Origin: Bacteroidales bacterium
Lineage (GTDB): Bacteria > Bacteroidota > Bacteroidia > Bacteroidales > UBA12077
Assembly: GCA_036351015.1 (NCBI GenBank)
Contig: JAZBOG010000013.1
Coordinates: forward strand, 2,998-66,997
DNA length: 64,000 bases
Reading direction: 5' to 3'
Under the pieces are notes generated by a model. It made no database searches. It was not told the origin of the DNA and saw only the letters and a program-made list of their open reading frames with translations. This document shows positions 26,146-36,962 of the stretch, piece after piece. The first letter of the stretch is position 1. Each line of letters begins with the position of its first letter. The translations under genes and the position numbers were made by a program.

Positions 26146-27609
26146 ATGTTTATTAGAAATTTATTCTTTCTATTATTTATAGTGGATATACTTATTATAT
26201 GGCTTTTTCCTGAAGGAACATTAAAGAGTATAACAATAGCAATAATTTCTGTTTTATTATGTGCTTCTGGTTATTCATTCAAAGATATTTTTGAGAAGAA
26301 GCTTAAACAAAAATCAATAAAAAGATTTCAGAATATTATTATAGAGAGATTCAATAATTACTTTTATTTTCAATTAGGATTTAGAATTAATACCAATTCA
26401 TTGAAATATGAAGAGAATGAAATTGAGATACTTCAAGAATCCATAAAAAATTGTCTTGGTGAAGATTCAAGTAAGATAAAAGTTAATTCACTATTATTAT
26501 GTTATCAATGTAAAAAATGGGATGAAACTAAGTCTCCTGAAGATTTTCAACAGATACAAATTCAATCTGAAAATTTGGGAATAAAATATGGAGAGATTAC
26601 GTCAGATGTGCATATGTTTTTGGAGTATTATTCAAAATTAATTCTTAAAAAGGAAAACACTGAAAATGATAAAGAAATTTTTGATCAATTTTCAGTAAAA
26701 CATTATAAAGATCTTCAGTTTTATAGTATTAAAGAAGAACTTTATCAGTCAAAGAACCTACATGATACTTTAGTCAAACTTATAAAAGATGGGAAACTAT
26801 CAACATACGGAATAAATTCAGATTCATTATACAAACTCCAAAAAGACTTACAAACAAAGTACTTAAAACAAAACACTTACTTAATCTTTACTAATAAAAT
26901 TCCAGAAAATGTAAGATCCTATCTAAAAAGTTTACCAGGATTTTCGGGAAGTCGTATTTGGTCAAAAAATGTACCTGAACATAGCAGTTTGTTTGGTGCA
27001 TACATCGTAAGACCACCTGAAATACATTCAATTGATGAGTTAATTGAAATAATTAAATTAAAAGCTGGTAAGCAGGATTCCCAAACCTTAATAAGGATAA
27101 TTCCGCTTGATTTCTTGCATAGTAAAATATATACAATCCCAGAGGATCAAAGTTTTACAACAAGAGGTTTGCAAGAGAGTTACGAAACATTAGAATGGTT
27201 TAGAACAGGTTATGTCATGCAAGATTCAGTAATATGGAATGAAATTGCAAAATCTAGTATAAGTCCAAATGAATTATTAAAAGTAATTCCTTTCAATATT
27301 TTTTGCCCAGGAATTATACCTGTTGAGCAGAGTTTTTTAATTAAACATTATGATACAATTAAAACAGAATTTAATATTGAAAAATTAGATGAATGGCGTA
27401 ATGTGGATGCAAGTTTAATGCGTGATTATATTTTAAATTTAGGAAAACCTGAATATTCAGAAGAACATTTTAATAATACACTTAAACTTAATAAAGATTC
27501 TAGTGATGACGATTTCAAAGAAGCGGTAAGGGTAAGGATGTTAGAACTTTGCGAACAAATAAAAGATAAATCAAATGATTTTTATAATTCTATGCAACAC
27601 CAAAACTAA
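26146..27609 (+). CDS. Membrane-anchored protein of unknown function (2 N-terminal TM segments + ~430-aa soluble region)
   Basis: The track ORF begins at a TTG (26092). The first ATG (26146) gives MFIRNLFFLLFIVDILIIWLF...ITIAIISVLLCASGY. I recognise no motif in the remainder. Confidence 0.55.
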   Translation: MFIRNLFFLLFIVDILIIWLFPEGTLKSITIAIISVLLCASGYSFKDIFEKKLKQKSIKRFQNIIIERFNNYFYFQLGFRINTNSLKYEENEIEILQESIKNCLGEDSSKIKVNSLLLCYQCKKWDETKSPEDFQQIQIQSENLGIKYGEITSDVHMFLEYYSKLILKKENTENDKEIFDQFSVKHYKDLQFYSIKEELYQSKNLHDTLVKLIKDGKLSTYGINSDSLYKLQKDLQTKYLKQNTYLIFTNKIPENVRSYLKSLPGFSGSRIWSKNVPEHSSLFGAYIVRPPEIHSIDELIEIIKLKAGKQDSQTLIRIIPLDFLHSKIYTIPEDQSFTTRGLQESYETLEWFRTGYVMQDSVIWNEIAKSSISPNELLKVIPFNIFCPGIIPVEQSFLIKHYDTIKTEFNIEKLDEWRNVDASLMRDYILNLGKPEYSEEHFNNTLKLNKDSSDDDFKEAVRVRMLELCEQIKDKSNDFYNSMQHQN

Positions 27610-27615
27610 TCACTC

Positions 27616-28701
27616 ATGAATAAAGAGATATTACAAAATCATATTAAGAACTTCCTAAATAAACTTAACAATGAACCAGAAACCTTAAAAAGCGGCCAAG
27701 TCGAAAGAGAAGAAAGAATTGCATATTATCAAAGCTGGACGAAGGATAAAATACTTATCATGACACCAGATGATTTGCTTGAATATTTAAGTAAATTATG
27801 GGCTATGCTTATATGGGGTAATAAGCAATATGCTGTGGATAAAATGATTTTAGATAATGAATTAGATCATTTAAGAAAGGAATTGGCAGAACTACTTTGG
27901 GGGGCAGAAAACATTGAAAAACGGTGGGATAGGGGGCGTAAAAATATTAAAGGGATGGGGCCTGCCATGCTAAGTGAGCTTTTATGTCATGTTCATCCTG
28001 ACGATCACATATTATGGAATAGAAGAGCTTTTGTTGGTTTTAATTATTTAGAAATTAATAATTTACCACGTTACAATTATCAACTAACAGGTAAAAAATA
28101 TAAGGAACTATCAATTATTGCCAAGGATATTGCAATTGAGATGAAAAAAGCAGGTGCAAAAGATTACACATTATTAGCAGTTGATTATTTCATTTGGGAA
28201 GAACTTCAAGTCGAAGATAATCTTACACAAATACACAAAAAGGTAAAGGATGAAAAACCTGTAGAAAAACTCACAAGCGAAGAATCTAAGTTTATTCATA
28301 ATGATGTGCGTGACGCAATAAGTGAAATTGGAGATTGGTTAGGTTTTAAATCTCATATTGAAAAGAAAGTAGCTGACGGTTCTGTTGTTGATGCAGTGTG
28401 GGAAGCCACGATTGGTAATATGGGGCGAGTAATGTATGTATTTGAGGTTCAGACAAAAGGCTCAATTGATAGCTTAATTTTAAATCTGTTAAAGGCACGA
28501 AATAATCCAGCAGTTCAAGGTGTAGTAGCTGTTTCAGATGCAAAACAATTAGAAAAAATCAAGAAACATGCTGCTGGTGTACCTGGTTTAGGTGAAATTC
28601 TAAAAGTATGGGACTATAACGAAGTTCTAAAAGCTCATGAGAGCTTGGAATTTGTTAATTCTACTATAAACAAGCTTAATTTAGTACCTGAAGGTTTTTG
28701 A
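27616..28701 (+). CDS. Hypothetical protein with C-terminal PD-(D/E)XK-like nuclease motif
   Basis: The C-terminus reads ISEIGDWLGF...VVDAVWEAT...VMYVFEVQTKGS, an E...D...ExQxK arrangement. The N-terminal helical region contains IKGMGPAMLSELLCHVHPDDHILWN, which looks HhH-like. The start lies 6 nt after the upstream stop. Confidence 0.55.
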   Translation: MNKEILQNHIKNFLNKLNNEPETLKSGQVEREERIAYYQSWTKDKILIMTPDDLLEYLSKLWAMLIWGNKQYAVDKMILDNELDHLRKELAELLWGAENIEKRWDRGRKNIKGMGPAMLSELLCHVHPDDHILWNRRAFVGFNYLEINNLPRYNYQLTGKKYKELSIIAKDIAIEMKKAGAKDYTLLAVDYFIWEELQVEDNLTQIHKKVKDEKPVEKLTSEESKFIHNDVRDAISEIGDWLGFKSHIEKKVADGSVVDAVWEATIGNMGRVMYVFEVQTKGSIDSLILNLLKARNNPAVQGVVAVSDAKQLEKIKKHAAGVPGLGEILKVWDYNEVLKAHESLEFVNSTINKLNLVPEGF

Positions 28702-28943
28702 AAATTATCAATATGCTAAAATTACATGAAGCGATTGCAGTTGTTTTATTAAATAAGCCCAACAGAACAGCATCAGAGCAAGAGATTGCAGATGAAATAA
28801 ACAAAAGAAATTTGTATCAACGTAGGGATGGTAATCCGGTTCCAGCATACCAAATAATGCAAAGAACTAAACTTGCTAAAGGTCTATATCATCATTTGTT
28901 TGATTATCAGTCAAAAGACAGAATAGTTTTAAAGAATTTATAA
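28698..28943 (+). CDS. Small winged-helix (HARE/Mrr_N-like) protein
   Basis: LHEAIAVVLLNKPNRTASEQEIADEINKRNLY...GNPVPAYQIMQR fits a wHTH. The track start is a TTG overlapping the upstream stop; an alternative ATG lies at 28713. Confidence 0.5.
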   Translation: MKIINMLKLHEAIAVVLLNKPNRTASEQEIADEINKRNLYQRRDGNPVPAYQIMQRTKLAKGLYHHLFDYQSKDRIVLKNL

Positions 28944-28971
28944 ATAATATGTTTAATTAAAATTTAATATT

Positions 28972-29163
28972 ATGAGTTACAATTCACCCGAATTACAAGA
29001 TTTAGGAGATAATAATAGAACTGGTAACACTTGCCATGTTGCTGGAAGATGGTGCTGCAAAGATCATCCTTCAGTTGAAAAATCTGTGCGTAAAGATGAG
29101 TTTTTTCCTAAATGTGATCATGCTGGCGGTCATGATACTAAATGGTTATATGTAAAATATTAA
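28972..29163 (+). CDS. Small Cys/His-rich hypothetical protein
   Basis: The 63-aa product carries TCHVAGRWCCKDHP...PKCDHAGGHD, a possible metal-binding set. Confidence 0.4.
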   Translation: MSYNSPELQDLGDNNRTGNTCHVAGRWCCKDHPSVEKSVRKDEFFPKCDHAGGHDTKWLYVKY

Positions 29164-29176
29164 AATTTTAAATATT

Positions 29177-29368
29177 ATGAAAAAGTTTGAATACAAAATC
29201 ATTTTTGTAAAAAAAGAACATCAAAATGGTTTGCAGGATGTTTTAAATGAAATTGGCAAAGATGGATTCGAATTAATTAACTTCAGAGAAAAGGTTTCTG
29301 GTTTTGATCCTGACTTTGGAGATATGACAGAAATTGAATTAATATTTAAAAGAGAATTGAATTCATAA
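29177..29368 (+). CDS. DUF4177-like small protein
   Basis: MKKFEYKIIFVKKE...LNEIGKDGFELINF fits the DUF4177 pattern as I remember it. Confidence 0.5.
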   Translation: MKKFEYKIIFVKKEHQNGLQDVLNEIGKDGFELINFREKVSGFDPDFGDMTEIELIFKRELNS

Positions 29369-29597
29369 TTAAAGTTAACTCTCTGAGAATTGAATATTTG
29401 AAAATAGTTTGGATATATGATCGTATAACAGAAAAATCAGAAATTAAAATTCGACATTTTAACTTACCATTTTAGACAATTTAACTTATCTGCCACACGG
29501 GAAAGAAAATTATGTTAATTATGGTTTGCAGCCCTAAACACAATTTTCTGAAGCAATGTCCTATAATTAATATTATGTTAAATAGAAAGATTTAAAA

Positions 29598-29630
29598 GAA
29601 AGGGGGAAATAATTAAATCTCCCCCCTTTG
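29598..29630. terminator. Hairpin downstream of the minus-strand TPR gene, at the right edge of the accessory block
   Basis: AAAGGGGGA-AATAATTAAA-TCTCCCCCCTTTG forms an imperfect G/C stem flanked by A/T runs. Confidence 0.5.
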
Positions 29631-29649
29631 CTTAAAATCCTTTAAAATC

Positions 29650-30834
29650 TTATTGATTCTGTTCGGCCATCTTCTCAGAGATCGCTTCGTATTTATCGTT
29701 CATCTTCAAACGATAGTATAATGTTCTTAACGTTGACATGATGCCCATATCGTTGGGTTGTAACTCATGCGCCTTTTCAATATACGGCAATGATTTTTCG
29801 AATTCAGCATCCGCTTTTTCTTTGGCTTCAAGATATTTCTTGTTATCGGTAATCTTGTTAGCCTCTTCGGTTAACGCAACCCCTTCGTTGAAATAAAGTA
29901 CCCCTAAGTTATAATAAGCATCAAAAAAGGTAGGATCAATTTCAATGGCCTGCTTATACATCTCTTTGGCTTTTTCTTTGTTTCCTGTCTTATCGTAAAG
30001 GTGGGCTTCCGCATTATAGAACTGTGGATTGTCAGGATCACCTTCACGGGCCACTTTCAGATATTTAAAGGCTTCGTCAGCATCTTCAGCTTCGAGCAGG
30101 TAATAATTGATTAAAGTCCCCAGGATCGATTGATTTCCGGGATATTTCTCAAAGCCTTTCTTCAGGGTTGCCACATACTGATCGTTATCCCCTTTATTTT
30201 TGTAACACTCGGCCATCAATGCATAGGTATCCCCTTCGCCATAACCATATTTGGCGGATTCCTGATAATATTCAATCGCTTTGTCATACTTTTCAACCCG
30301 CTGTGCGGTAAGGGCGGTGTTAAAAATAATGGCAGTATCAATTTCGCCTTCAAACACAGGCATCTCTTTCACTTCCAGGGATTTCTCAAAATATTTGAAA
30401 GCTTTTTCAAAGTCTTCTGCCTGGTAGGCTTCCACTCCTTTGTTCACAAACATAGATGACATGTTTAAAAATTTGGCATCAATGGGTCCCTGATACATGT
30501 TGCTTCCTTCCATGGTATAGGCTTTCTTGTAATTATCAAAAGCATCAAACAATGGATATTCAGTTATACTTTTAAATTCAGGATTATCACTTTTGGCAAT
30601 GGCTTCGTAGGTTAATCCCTTAACATAATACGTTTTTGCCCAGTCCCTGGTATCTTCTGCTTTTTCGGCAGCATTCAGGGCTTTGATGGCGGTATCTAAT
30701 TTAACACCTTCTTCGGCCCAACGCTGAGCATTGGAAACTAATGCTTTATTACCACCACAGCTGCTGGCTAGAATGGCAATGACAGAGACCAATAACATTG
30801 GATAAAATTTCTTTATACGCTTCATGGTTTTCAT
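29650..30834 (-). CDS. TPR-repeat lipoprotein
   Basis: It has a lipobox-like signal (LVSVIAILASSCGG) and multiple TPR-like repeats (AxxYxxKGxxYxAIxxFxKALEIDP-type). Confidence 0.8.
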   Translation of the reverse strand: MKTMKRIKKFYPMLLVSVIAILASSCGGNKALVSNAQRWAEEGVKLDTAIKALNAAEKAEDTRDWAKTYYVKGLTYEAIAKSDNPEFKSITEYPLFDAFDNYKKAYTMEGSNMYQGPIDAKFLNMSSMFVNKGVEAYQAEDFEKAFKYFEKSLEVKEMPVFEGEIDTAIIFNTALTAQRVEKYDKAIEYYQESAKYGYGEGDTYALMAECYKNKGDNDQYVATLKKGFEKYPGNQSILGTLINYYLLEAEDADEAFKYLKVAREGDPDNPQFYNAEAHLYDKTGNKEKAKEMYKQAIEIDPTFFDAYYNLGVLYFNEGVALTEEANKITDNKKYLEAKEKADAEFEKSLPYIEKAHELQPNDMGIMSTLRTLYYRLKMNDKYEAISEKMAEQNQ

Positions 30835-30907
30835 AATTTAAGATTAAAATTTTTTTCAAAAGTAAAATAAATATAGTTTATGTCAAATTTTCGTACTCAA
30901 TTTTCAG

Positions 30908-33418
30908 TTAATCTTCCTGCTCATTTACATTTTCTTCCGGGTTTCCAGGAACATTATTGTTGCCGGGCTCCTCTTCATTTTCTTCTTTTTCAATTTGAGC
31001 CACAGCGGCAATCCTGTCATTATTGCGCAGGTTGATGAGCCTTACTCCCTGGGTAGCACGTCCGGTAACGCGGATATCTTGAACGGCAACCCGGATGGTA
31101 ATCCCGGAACGGTTGATGATCATCAGGTCAATATCATCATTCACCCCTTTGATGGCGACCATTTTCCCGGTTTTCTCGGTAATATTCAGGGTCTTTACTC
31201 CTTTTCCTCCCCGGTTGGTAATCCGGTATTCGTCAATGGTTGAGCGTTTTCCAAATCCTTTTTCTGAAACTACTAATATTTCATGATCCGATTCTTCGAC
31301 CCAAACCATTCCGATCACTTCATCATCGTCTTTACTCAGGGTTATTCCTCTTACGCCCGAGCCGGTTCTTCCAATGGCTCTTACCTTGGTTTCGTTAAAA
31401 CGAACCGCTTTCCCTTCGCGGGTAGCCAGGATGATGTCGCTTTTGCCGTCGGTCAATTTGGCTTCCAGCAAATAGTCGCCCTCCTTAATGGTAATGGCAT
31501 TCACCCCATTCACCCGTGGACGGGAATATGCTTCGAGCAGTGTTTTTTTCACGATTCCCTTTTTGGTACACATTACAATGTAATTGTTCCGGATATACGC
31601 TTCATCATCCAGGCTTTTTACATTGATAAATGCTTTGACCTTATCGTCGGGTTCGATATTAATCATATTCTGAATAGCCCGTCCTTTGGAGCTTCGGGTT
31701 CCTTCGGGAATCTGGTAGACCTTGAGCCAGAAACATTTTCCTTCGGCCGTAAAGAAAAGCATGGTATTATGCATCGAAGCAATAAACATGTGCTCCAGGA
31801 AGTCTTCGTCGCGTGTTGTGCTTCCCTTTGAGCCGACCCCTCCCCGATGCTGTGTTTTGAAGTCCGTAACCGGAGTTCGTTTAATATACCCCAAATGCGA
31901 GATGGTAATTACCATGTCCTCGTCAGCATAGAAATCCTCGGGGTTAAACTCGCCTTCATCCGGAACAATCTCTGTTCTACGTTCATCTCCATAGGTCTCC
32001 TTCACCTCGATCAACTCCTCCTTAATAATCTGCATCCGCAGTTCCTCACTCTCCAGTATCGATTTTAAATACTCAATCAGCTTTTGCAGCTCCTGGTATT
32101 CTTCTTTCACCTTATCTCTTTCTAAACCAGTTAGCTTCTGAAGCCTCATGTCAAGTATTGCTTTAGCCTGAACTTCCGAAAGCTGAAATTTGGACATTAA
32201 ACCTTCTTTGGCTTCGTCCGGAGTTCTTGAGGCCCTGATCAGGGCAATCACTTCGTCGAGATGGTCCAGGGCAATCAATAATCCTTCAAGGATATGTGCT
32301 TTTTTCTCGGCCTGGTCCAGCTCGTACTGGGTACGCCGGACAACTATTTCATGACGATGATTTACAAAGCTATGAATGAGCTGTTTAAGGTTAAGTGTTT
32401 TAGGTCTTCCTTTAACTAATGCAATATTGTTGACATTAAAGGATGTTTGCAGTTGAGTATATTTGTACAATTTATTTAAGACCACATTGGCAATGGCATC
32501 CTTGCGAATATCGTAAACAATACGCATTCCGTTGCGGTCCGACTCATCGTTAATATTGGATATTCCTTCAATTTTTTTATCATTGACCAGCTCGGCCGTT
32601 TTTTTGATCAATTCGGCTTTATTCACCTGGTAGGGAATTTCTGTAACAATAATTCTTTCCCTTCCATTGGCATCCGTTTCAATTTCCACCCGGGAGCGGA
32701 TCACAATTCTTCCCCTGCCGGTTTCAAAAGCATCCTTAATACCCTGGTAGCCATAGATAATACCACCTGTAGGAAAATCAGGAGCTTTGATATGATTCAT
32801 CAGTTCGGCAATCTCGATATCATTATTATCGATATAGGCAATAATGGCGTCGATGGACTCGGATAAATTATGCGGGGGCATGTTGGTAGCCATCCCCACA
32901 GCGATTCCGGAAGCTCCGTTTACCAAGAGGTTTGGGATCCGTGTAGGGAGTACGGTAGGTTCCTGCAACGAATCATCAAAATTTAGCTGAAAATCCACGG
33001 TATTCTTGTCCAGGTCGCGAAGAATGGCTTCGGTTACTTTTTCCAGCCGGGCTTCGGTATAACGCATGGCTGCGGGGCTATCCCCGTCCACCGAACCGAA
33101 GTTACCCTGTCCGTCGACCAGCGGATATCGTAACGACCAGTGTTGTGCCATGCGGACCATCGCTTCATAAACCGATGAGTCACCATGAGGGTGATATTTA
33201 CCCAGCACCTCTCCCACAATTCTGGCCGATTTTTTATGAGATTTGTTGGAGGTTAAACCCAATTCTGACATTCCAAACAATACCCTGCGGTGTACCGGTT
33301 TAAAACCATCCCGTACATCCGGCAATGCTCTGGAAACAATAACCGACATTGAATAGTCAATGTAGGCCGATTTCATCTCCTCTTCGATATTTATCTTAAC
33401 AATTCGTTCTTCTGCCAT
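30908..33418 (-). CDS. gyrA: DNA gyrase subunit A
   Basis: It has [27 protein letters not shown], the active-site region [10 protein letters not shown] and C-terminal beta-pinwheel repeats. I placed the start at [15 protein letters not shown]; the track ORF extends 15 codons further. Confidence 0.95.
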   Translation of the reverse strand: MAEERIVKINIEEEMKSAYIDYSMSVIVSRALPDVRDGFKPVHRRVLFGMSELGLTSNKSHKKSARIVGEVLGKYHPHGDSSVYEAMVRMAQHWSLRYPLVDGQGNFGSVDGDSPAAMRYTEARLEKVTEAILRDLDKNTVDFQLNFDDSLQEPTVLPTRIPNLLVNGASGIAVGMATNMPPHNLSESIDAIIAYIDNNDIEIAELMNHIKAPDFPTGGIIYGYQGIKDAFETGRGRIVIRSRVEIETDANGRERIIVTEIPYQVNKAELIKKTAELVNDKKIEGISNINDESDRNGMRIVYDIRKDAIANVVLNKLYKYTQLQTSFNVNNIALVKGRPKTLNLKQLIHSFVNHRHEIVVRRTQYELDQAEKKAHILEGLLIALDHLDEVIALIRASRTPDEAKEGLMSKFQLSEVQAKAILDMRLQKLTGLERDKVKEEYQELQKLIEYLKSILESEELRMQIIKEELIEVKETYGDERRTEIVPDEGEFNPEDFYADEDMVITISHLGYIKRTPVTDFKTQHRGGVGSKGSTTRDEDFLEHMFIASMHNTMLFFTAEGKCFWLKVYQIPEGTRSSKGRAIQNMINIEPDDKVKAFINVKSLDDEAYIRNNYIVMCTKKGIVKKTLLEAYSRPRVNGVNAITIKEGDYLLEAKLTDGKSDIILATREGKAVRFNETKVRAIGRTGSGVRGITLSKDDDEVIGMVWVEESDHEILVVSEKGFGKRSTIDEYRITNRGGKGVKTLNITEKTGKMVAIKGVNDDIDLMIINRSGITIRVAVQDIRVTGRATQGVRLINLRNNDRIAAVAQIEKEENEEEPGNNNVPGNPEENVNEQED

Positions 33419-33768
33419 ATATTCATGTATTTGATTAATTTTCCATCGTTTTTCTAAAATCATACAAAAATACTAAAATAGGTGCTTTAAAACGAATATT
33501 TTGGGGTTATAATTTAGGATTTTTCAACAACCGGCTGTTTATAACCTTTGCCAGAGAGAATAGGGATTTCATGCAATTTTGAACGATGGCTGAACAAGTT
33601 GAAAATGAATTTGTTTTAGTATTTAATTAACATCACCCCAAAAGAATTAAAACCGGACTGTTTAAATCTATTTTGGTAGAAATCAGGGATTATTTTTTAA
33701 TTTTAAAGGGTTATGTATTAATTTTGTTTTTTTTAGAAAGTGTAGAATATTATTTTGAGATAACGATT

Positions 33769-36321
33769 ATGGATGCAAAATTTTCACAACGAATAAAGGA
33801 TGTTTTAAGCTTTAGTAAGGAAGAAGCGGTAAGGCTCGGGAATGCCTACATTGGTACCGAGCATTTGCTGTTAGGCATTTTACGTGAAGGCGAAGGGATT
33901 GCAATTAATCTATTGGAAAATTTAAATATAAATCTTGTAGAACTCAAAACCTCCATTGAAGAGAGGATTAAGTCAGATGAGAATTTAAAACTTTCTGATT
34001 CGGATAATATCCCCCTGTTTAAAACTGCCGAACGGGCGCTCAAGCTGGTTTATCTTGAAGCACGTTCATTCAACAGCCCAACGGTAAATACCGGGCATTT
34101 ACTGTTAGCCATATTAAAGGACGAGAACAGTGTAGTTACGCAATTTCTTGAAGAGAAGAGTATTAACTATCAAACCCTGAGAACAGAGATGGAGTCGATC
34201 ATTCCTGAGGCCAAAGCGGATTTTGAAGATGAAGAGAATGAGATTCCTTTCGGTTCGGGAAAAGGCGGAAGTCATGGTTCCTCACAGCCCGGGCAGAAGG
34301 CCAAGTCAGAAACCCCTGTTTTGGATAATTTTGGAATTGATTTAACCAAGGCCGCCGAGGATAATGCATTGGATCCCATTGTAGGGCGGGAAAAAGAGAT
34401 TGAGCGACTGGCACAGATTTTAAGCCGAAGGAAGAAGAACAATCCGGTATTAATTGGAGAACCCGGGGTTGGAAAATCGGCCATTGTAGAAGGGCTGGCC
34501 CTGCGTATTGTTCAGCGGAAAGTATCGCGGGTACTCTTCGATAAGCGAGTGATCACGCTTGACCTGGCATCCATTGTAGCCGGAACAAAATACCGGGGAC
34601 AGTTTGAAGAACGGATGAAAGCCATTTTAAACGAGCTTTCCAAGTCGACCAATATTATCCTGTTTATTGACGAGATTCATACCATCGTAGGGGCCGGTGG
34701 TGCAACCGGGTCCCTGGACGCAGCCAACATGCTCAAGCCGGCTCTCGCCCGGGGCGAGATTCAGTGTATCGGTGCCACTACCCTGGATGAATACCGCCAG
34801 CATATTGAAAAAGATGGTGCCCTGGAACGCCGTTTTCAGAAGATTATGGTAGATCCCACATCGGAAGAAGAAACCGTAGAGATCCTCCACAATATTAAGG
34901 CCAGGTACGAAGATCATCATAACGTAAACTATACCGATGATGCCATTGAGGCCTGTGTAAAGCTAACCATGCGTTACATCAGCGACCGGCACCTCCCCGA
35001 CAAGGCGATTGATGCCCTGGACGAATCCGGTTCGCGGGTACATATCTCCAATATTGTGGTTCCCAGTCGAATCATTGAGTTAGAAAAACAAATTGAAGGG
35101 ATACGTAACGAAAAAATTGCTGCCGTAAAAAATCAGAACTTTGAGAAAGCAGCCAATTTCAGGGATAATGAAAAGAAACTCATGGATAACCTGGAAAAAG
35201 AGAAAGAGAACTGGGAAAAGGAACTGGTAAAGAACCGGGAAACCGTTTCGGAAGAAGAAGTTGCCGAGGTGGTTGCGATGATGACCGGGGTACCCGTACA
35301 ACGGATTGCTCAGGCCGAAGGAACCCGGTTAATGAAGATGGGTGACGAATTGAAGAAAAATGTCATTGGCCAGGATGAAGCCATTGGCAAAATCGTTAAA
35401 TCCATTCAGCGAAACCGTGCCGGTTTAAAAGACCCCAACAAACCCATCGGATCCTTCATCTTTTTGGGACCAACGGGTGTTGGAAAAACCCAGCTGGCAA
35501 AAATCCTGGCACTGTATCTCTTCGACAGTGTGGATAACCTGATCCGGATGGATATGAGTGAATATATGGAGAAGTTCTCGGTATCGAGACTTGTCGGAGC
35601 ACCTCCCGGCTACATAGGTTATGAAGAAGGAGGACAACTCACCGAAAAGGTACGCCGTAAACCCTATTCGGTTGTTTTACTTGATGAGATAGAAAAAGCA
35701 CATCCTGATGTATTCCATCTACTTCTTCAGGTGCTGGACGAGGGTCAGCTGACCGACAGCCTGGGACGAAGAGTGGATTTCAGAAATACCATTATCATCA
35801 TGACTTCGAACATTGGAAGTCGGCAGATCAAAGACTTTGGCCAGGGAGTTGGTTTTTCCACCAAGGCGAAACAGGAATCCGCCAGCCAGCATACCAAGAG
35901 TGTGATTCAAAATGCACTCAAACGCTCATTTGCTCCCGAGTTTCTGAACCGCCTGGATGATGTGGTGATTTTTAATTCCTTAACCAAAGACGATATCTAT
36001 CAAATCATTGATATTGAGTTGAGAGGACTCTATCAGCGGGTTGAGAATCTTGGCTACTCCATCGAAATAAGTAAGGATGCCAAAGACTATATTACCGAAA
36101 AAGGATTTGATGTGAATTTTGGTGCAAGACCTCTGAAACGAGCCATTCAAAAATATCTTGAAGACCCGATGGCCGAAGTGATCATCAAAACCTCCATCAA
36201 GGAAGGTGAGATTCTAAAAGTTACCTATGATCAGGAGAAAGATGAGATTATCATTACTCCCACTCCGGGGAAAAAAGAACCCTCCCGGGGGAAACCAAAG
36301 GAACAACAAAAAAAGGATTAA
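33769..36321 (+). CDS. clpC: ATP-dependent Clp protease ATP-binding subunit ClpC-type (double AAA+)
   Basis: It has Clp_N repeats, Walker A GEPGVGKS and GPTGVGKT, and a UVR-like coiled coil between the NBDs. I placed the start at [13 protein letters not shown]; the track ORF begins 32 codons upstream. Confidence 0.92.
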   Translation: MDAKFSQRIKDVLSFSKEEAVRLGNAYIGTEHLLLGILREGEGIAINLLENLNINLVELKTSIEERIKSDENLKLSDSDNIPLFKTAERALKLVYLEARSFNSPTVNTGHLLLAILKDENSVVTQFLEEKSINYQTLRTEMESIIPEAKADFEDEENEIPFGSGKGGSHGSSQPGQKAKSETPVLDNFGIDLTKAAEDNALDPIVGREKEIERLAQILSRRKKNNPVLIGEPGVGKSAIVEGLALRIVQRKVSRVLFDKRVITLDLASIVAGTKYRGQFEERMKAILNELSKSTNIILFIDEIHTIVGAGGATGSLDAANMLKPALARGEIQCIGATTLDEYRQHIEKDGALERRFQKIMVDPTSEEETVEILHNIKARYEDHHNVNYTDDAIEACVKLTMRYISDRHLPDKAIDALDESGSRVHISNIVVPSRIIELEKQIEGIRNEKIAAVKNQNFEKAANFRDNEKKLMDNLEKEKENWEKELVKNRETVSEEEVAEVVAMMTGVPVQRIAQAEGTRLMKMGDELKKNVIGQDEAIGKIVKSIQRNRAGLKDPNKPIGSFIFLGPTGVGKTQLAKILALYLFDSVDNLIRMDMSEYMEKFSVSRLVGAPPGYIGYEEGGQLTEKVRRKPYSVVLLDEIEKAHPDVFHLLLQVLDEGQLTDSLGRRVDFRNTIIIMTSNIGSRQIKDFGQGVGFSTKAKQESASQHTKSVIQNALKRSFAPEFLNRLDDVVIFNSLTKDDIYQIIDIELRGLYQRVENLGYSIEISKDAKDYITEKGFDVNFGARPLKRAIQKYLEDPMAEVIIKTSIKEGEILKVTYDQEKDEIIITPTPGKKEPSRGKPKEQQKKD

Positions 36322-36332
36322 AAACCTAAACA

Positions 36333-36370
36333 AAGCCTTACCGATATTGTTATAACGTAAGGCTTTTTTT
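36333..36370 (+). terminator. Intrinsic terminator after clpC
   Basis: AAGCCTTAC-N15-GTAAGGCTT is a 9-bp stem followed by T7. Confidence 0.7.
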
Positions 36371-36392
36371 AAAACATAAAAATTGTATAACC

Positions 36393-36908
36393 ATGGAAAA
36401 AAATAAAAATAAAGTAACCTTTGGAGGAAAACCAGTAACCCTTTTGGGCAAAGAAACCAGGGTAAATGATCAGGCCGTTGACTTTACGGTGTTGAATAAC
36501 AACCTGGAACCCGTAAAATTATCAGACTTTGAGGGGAAAGTAAAAATCTTATCGCTTTTCCCTTCCATTGATACCGGGGTTTGCTCAAAACAGAGTCATA
36601 CCTTTAATGAAAAAGCTGCAAACCTGAGTGATGATATTGTAATCCTGGCCATCTCCAACGATTTGCCTTTTGCGTTGAAGAGATTTTGCGGAGCAGAAGG
36701 AATTGATAACCTGATTACTTTATCGGATCATAAAGAATTGGATTTTTCATCCAAATATGGATTTTTAATTGAAGAGTTAAGGCTCATTGCCCGGGGAGTA
36801 ATTGTTGTAGATAAGAATAACACTGTAAAATATGTGGAATATGTTCCGGAAATTGGAAATGAACCGGACTATGAATCAGCCATCAATGCGGCAAAATTAC
36901 TGATTTAA
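36393..36908 (+). CDS. tpx: Thiol peroxidase
   Basis: It shows the Tpx family pattern FPSIDTGVCS (peroxidatic Cys) and is 171 aa long. Confidence 0.9.
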   Translation: MEKNKNKVTFGGKPVTLLGKETRVNDQAVDFTVLNNNLEPVKLSDFEGKVKILSLFPSIDTGVCSKQSHTFNEKAANLSDDIVILAISNDLPFALKRFCGAEGIDNLITLSDHKELDFSSKYGFLIEELRLIARGVIVVDKNNTVKYVEYVPEIGNEPDYESAINAAKLLI

Positions 36909-36933
36909 TTCATCCTCAAGGATTTTATAACGG

Positions 36934-36962
36934 CCACAGCATCCCCCTGCTGTGGTTTTTTT
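36934..36962. terminator. Bidirectional terminator between tpx and rimO
   Basis: CCACAGCA-TCCCCC-TGCTGTGG is followed by T7. Confidence 0.65.

Noticed and set aside
12640-29640. I looked for a CRISPR array, integrase/transposase, reverse transcriptase (retron/DGR) or phage structural genes in the accessory block.
   Set aside because: I found no regularly spaced direct repeats. No ORF has integrase (R...HxxR...Y), DDE transposase or RT (YxDD) signatures. The block cannot be called a mobile element on present evidence.
31283-31831. Long ORFs on the strand opposite to well-supported genes. Examples are the 182-aa ORF antisense to gyrA, plus 2470-2856, 38912-39298, 40910-41158, 54376-54735, 267-602 and many others in the track.
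   Set aside because: Each lies entirely inside a gene with strong family motifs on the other strand. Their translations are low-complexity or junk-like (rich in S/R/P/F). I treat them as shadow ORFs.
33419-33463. N-terminal extensions of track ORFs: gyrA 33419-33463, clpC 33673-33768, msrA 61641-61820, pyrD 45737-45832, rarA 2868-2948, dipeptidase 53224-53250 and the TM protein 26092-26145.
   Set aside because: The family-conserved N-termini begin at internal Met codons. The extensions have odd composition or overlap neighbouring genes.
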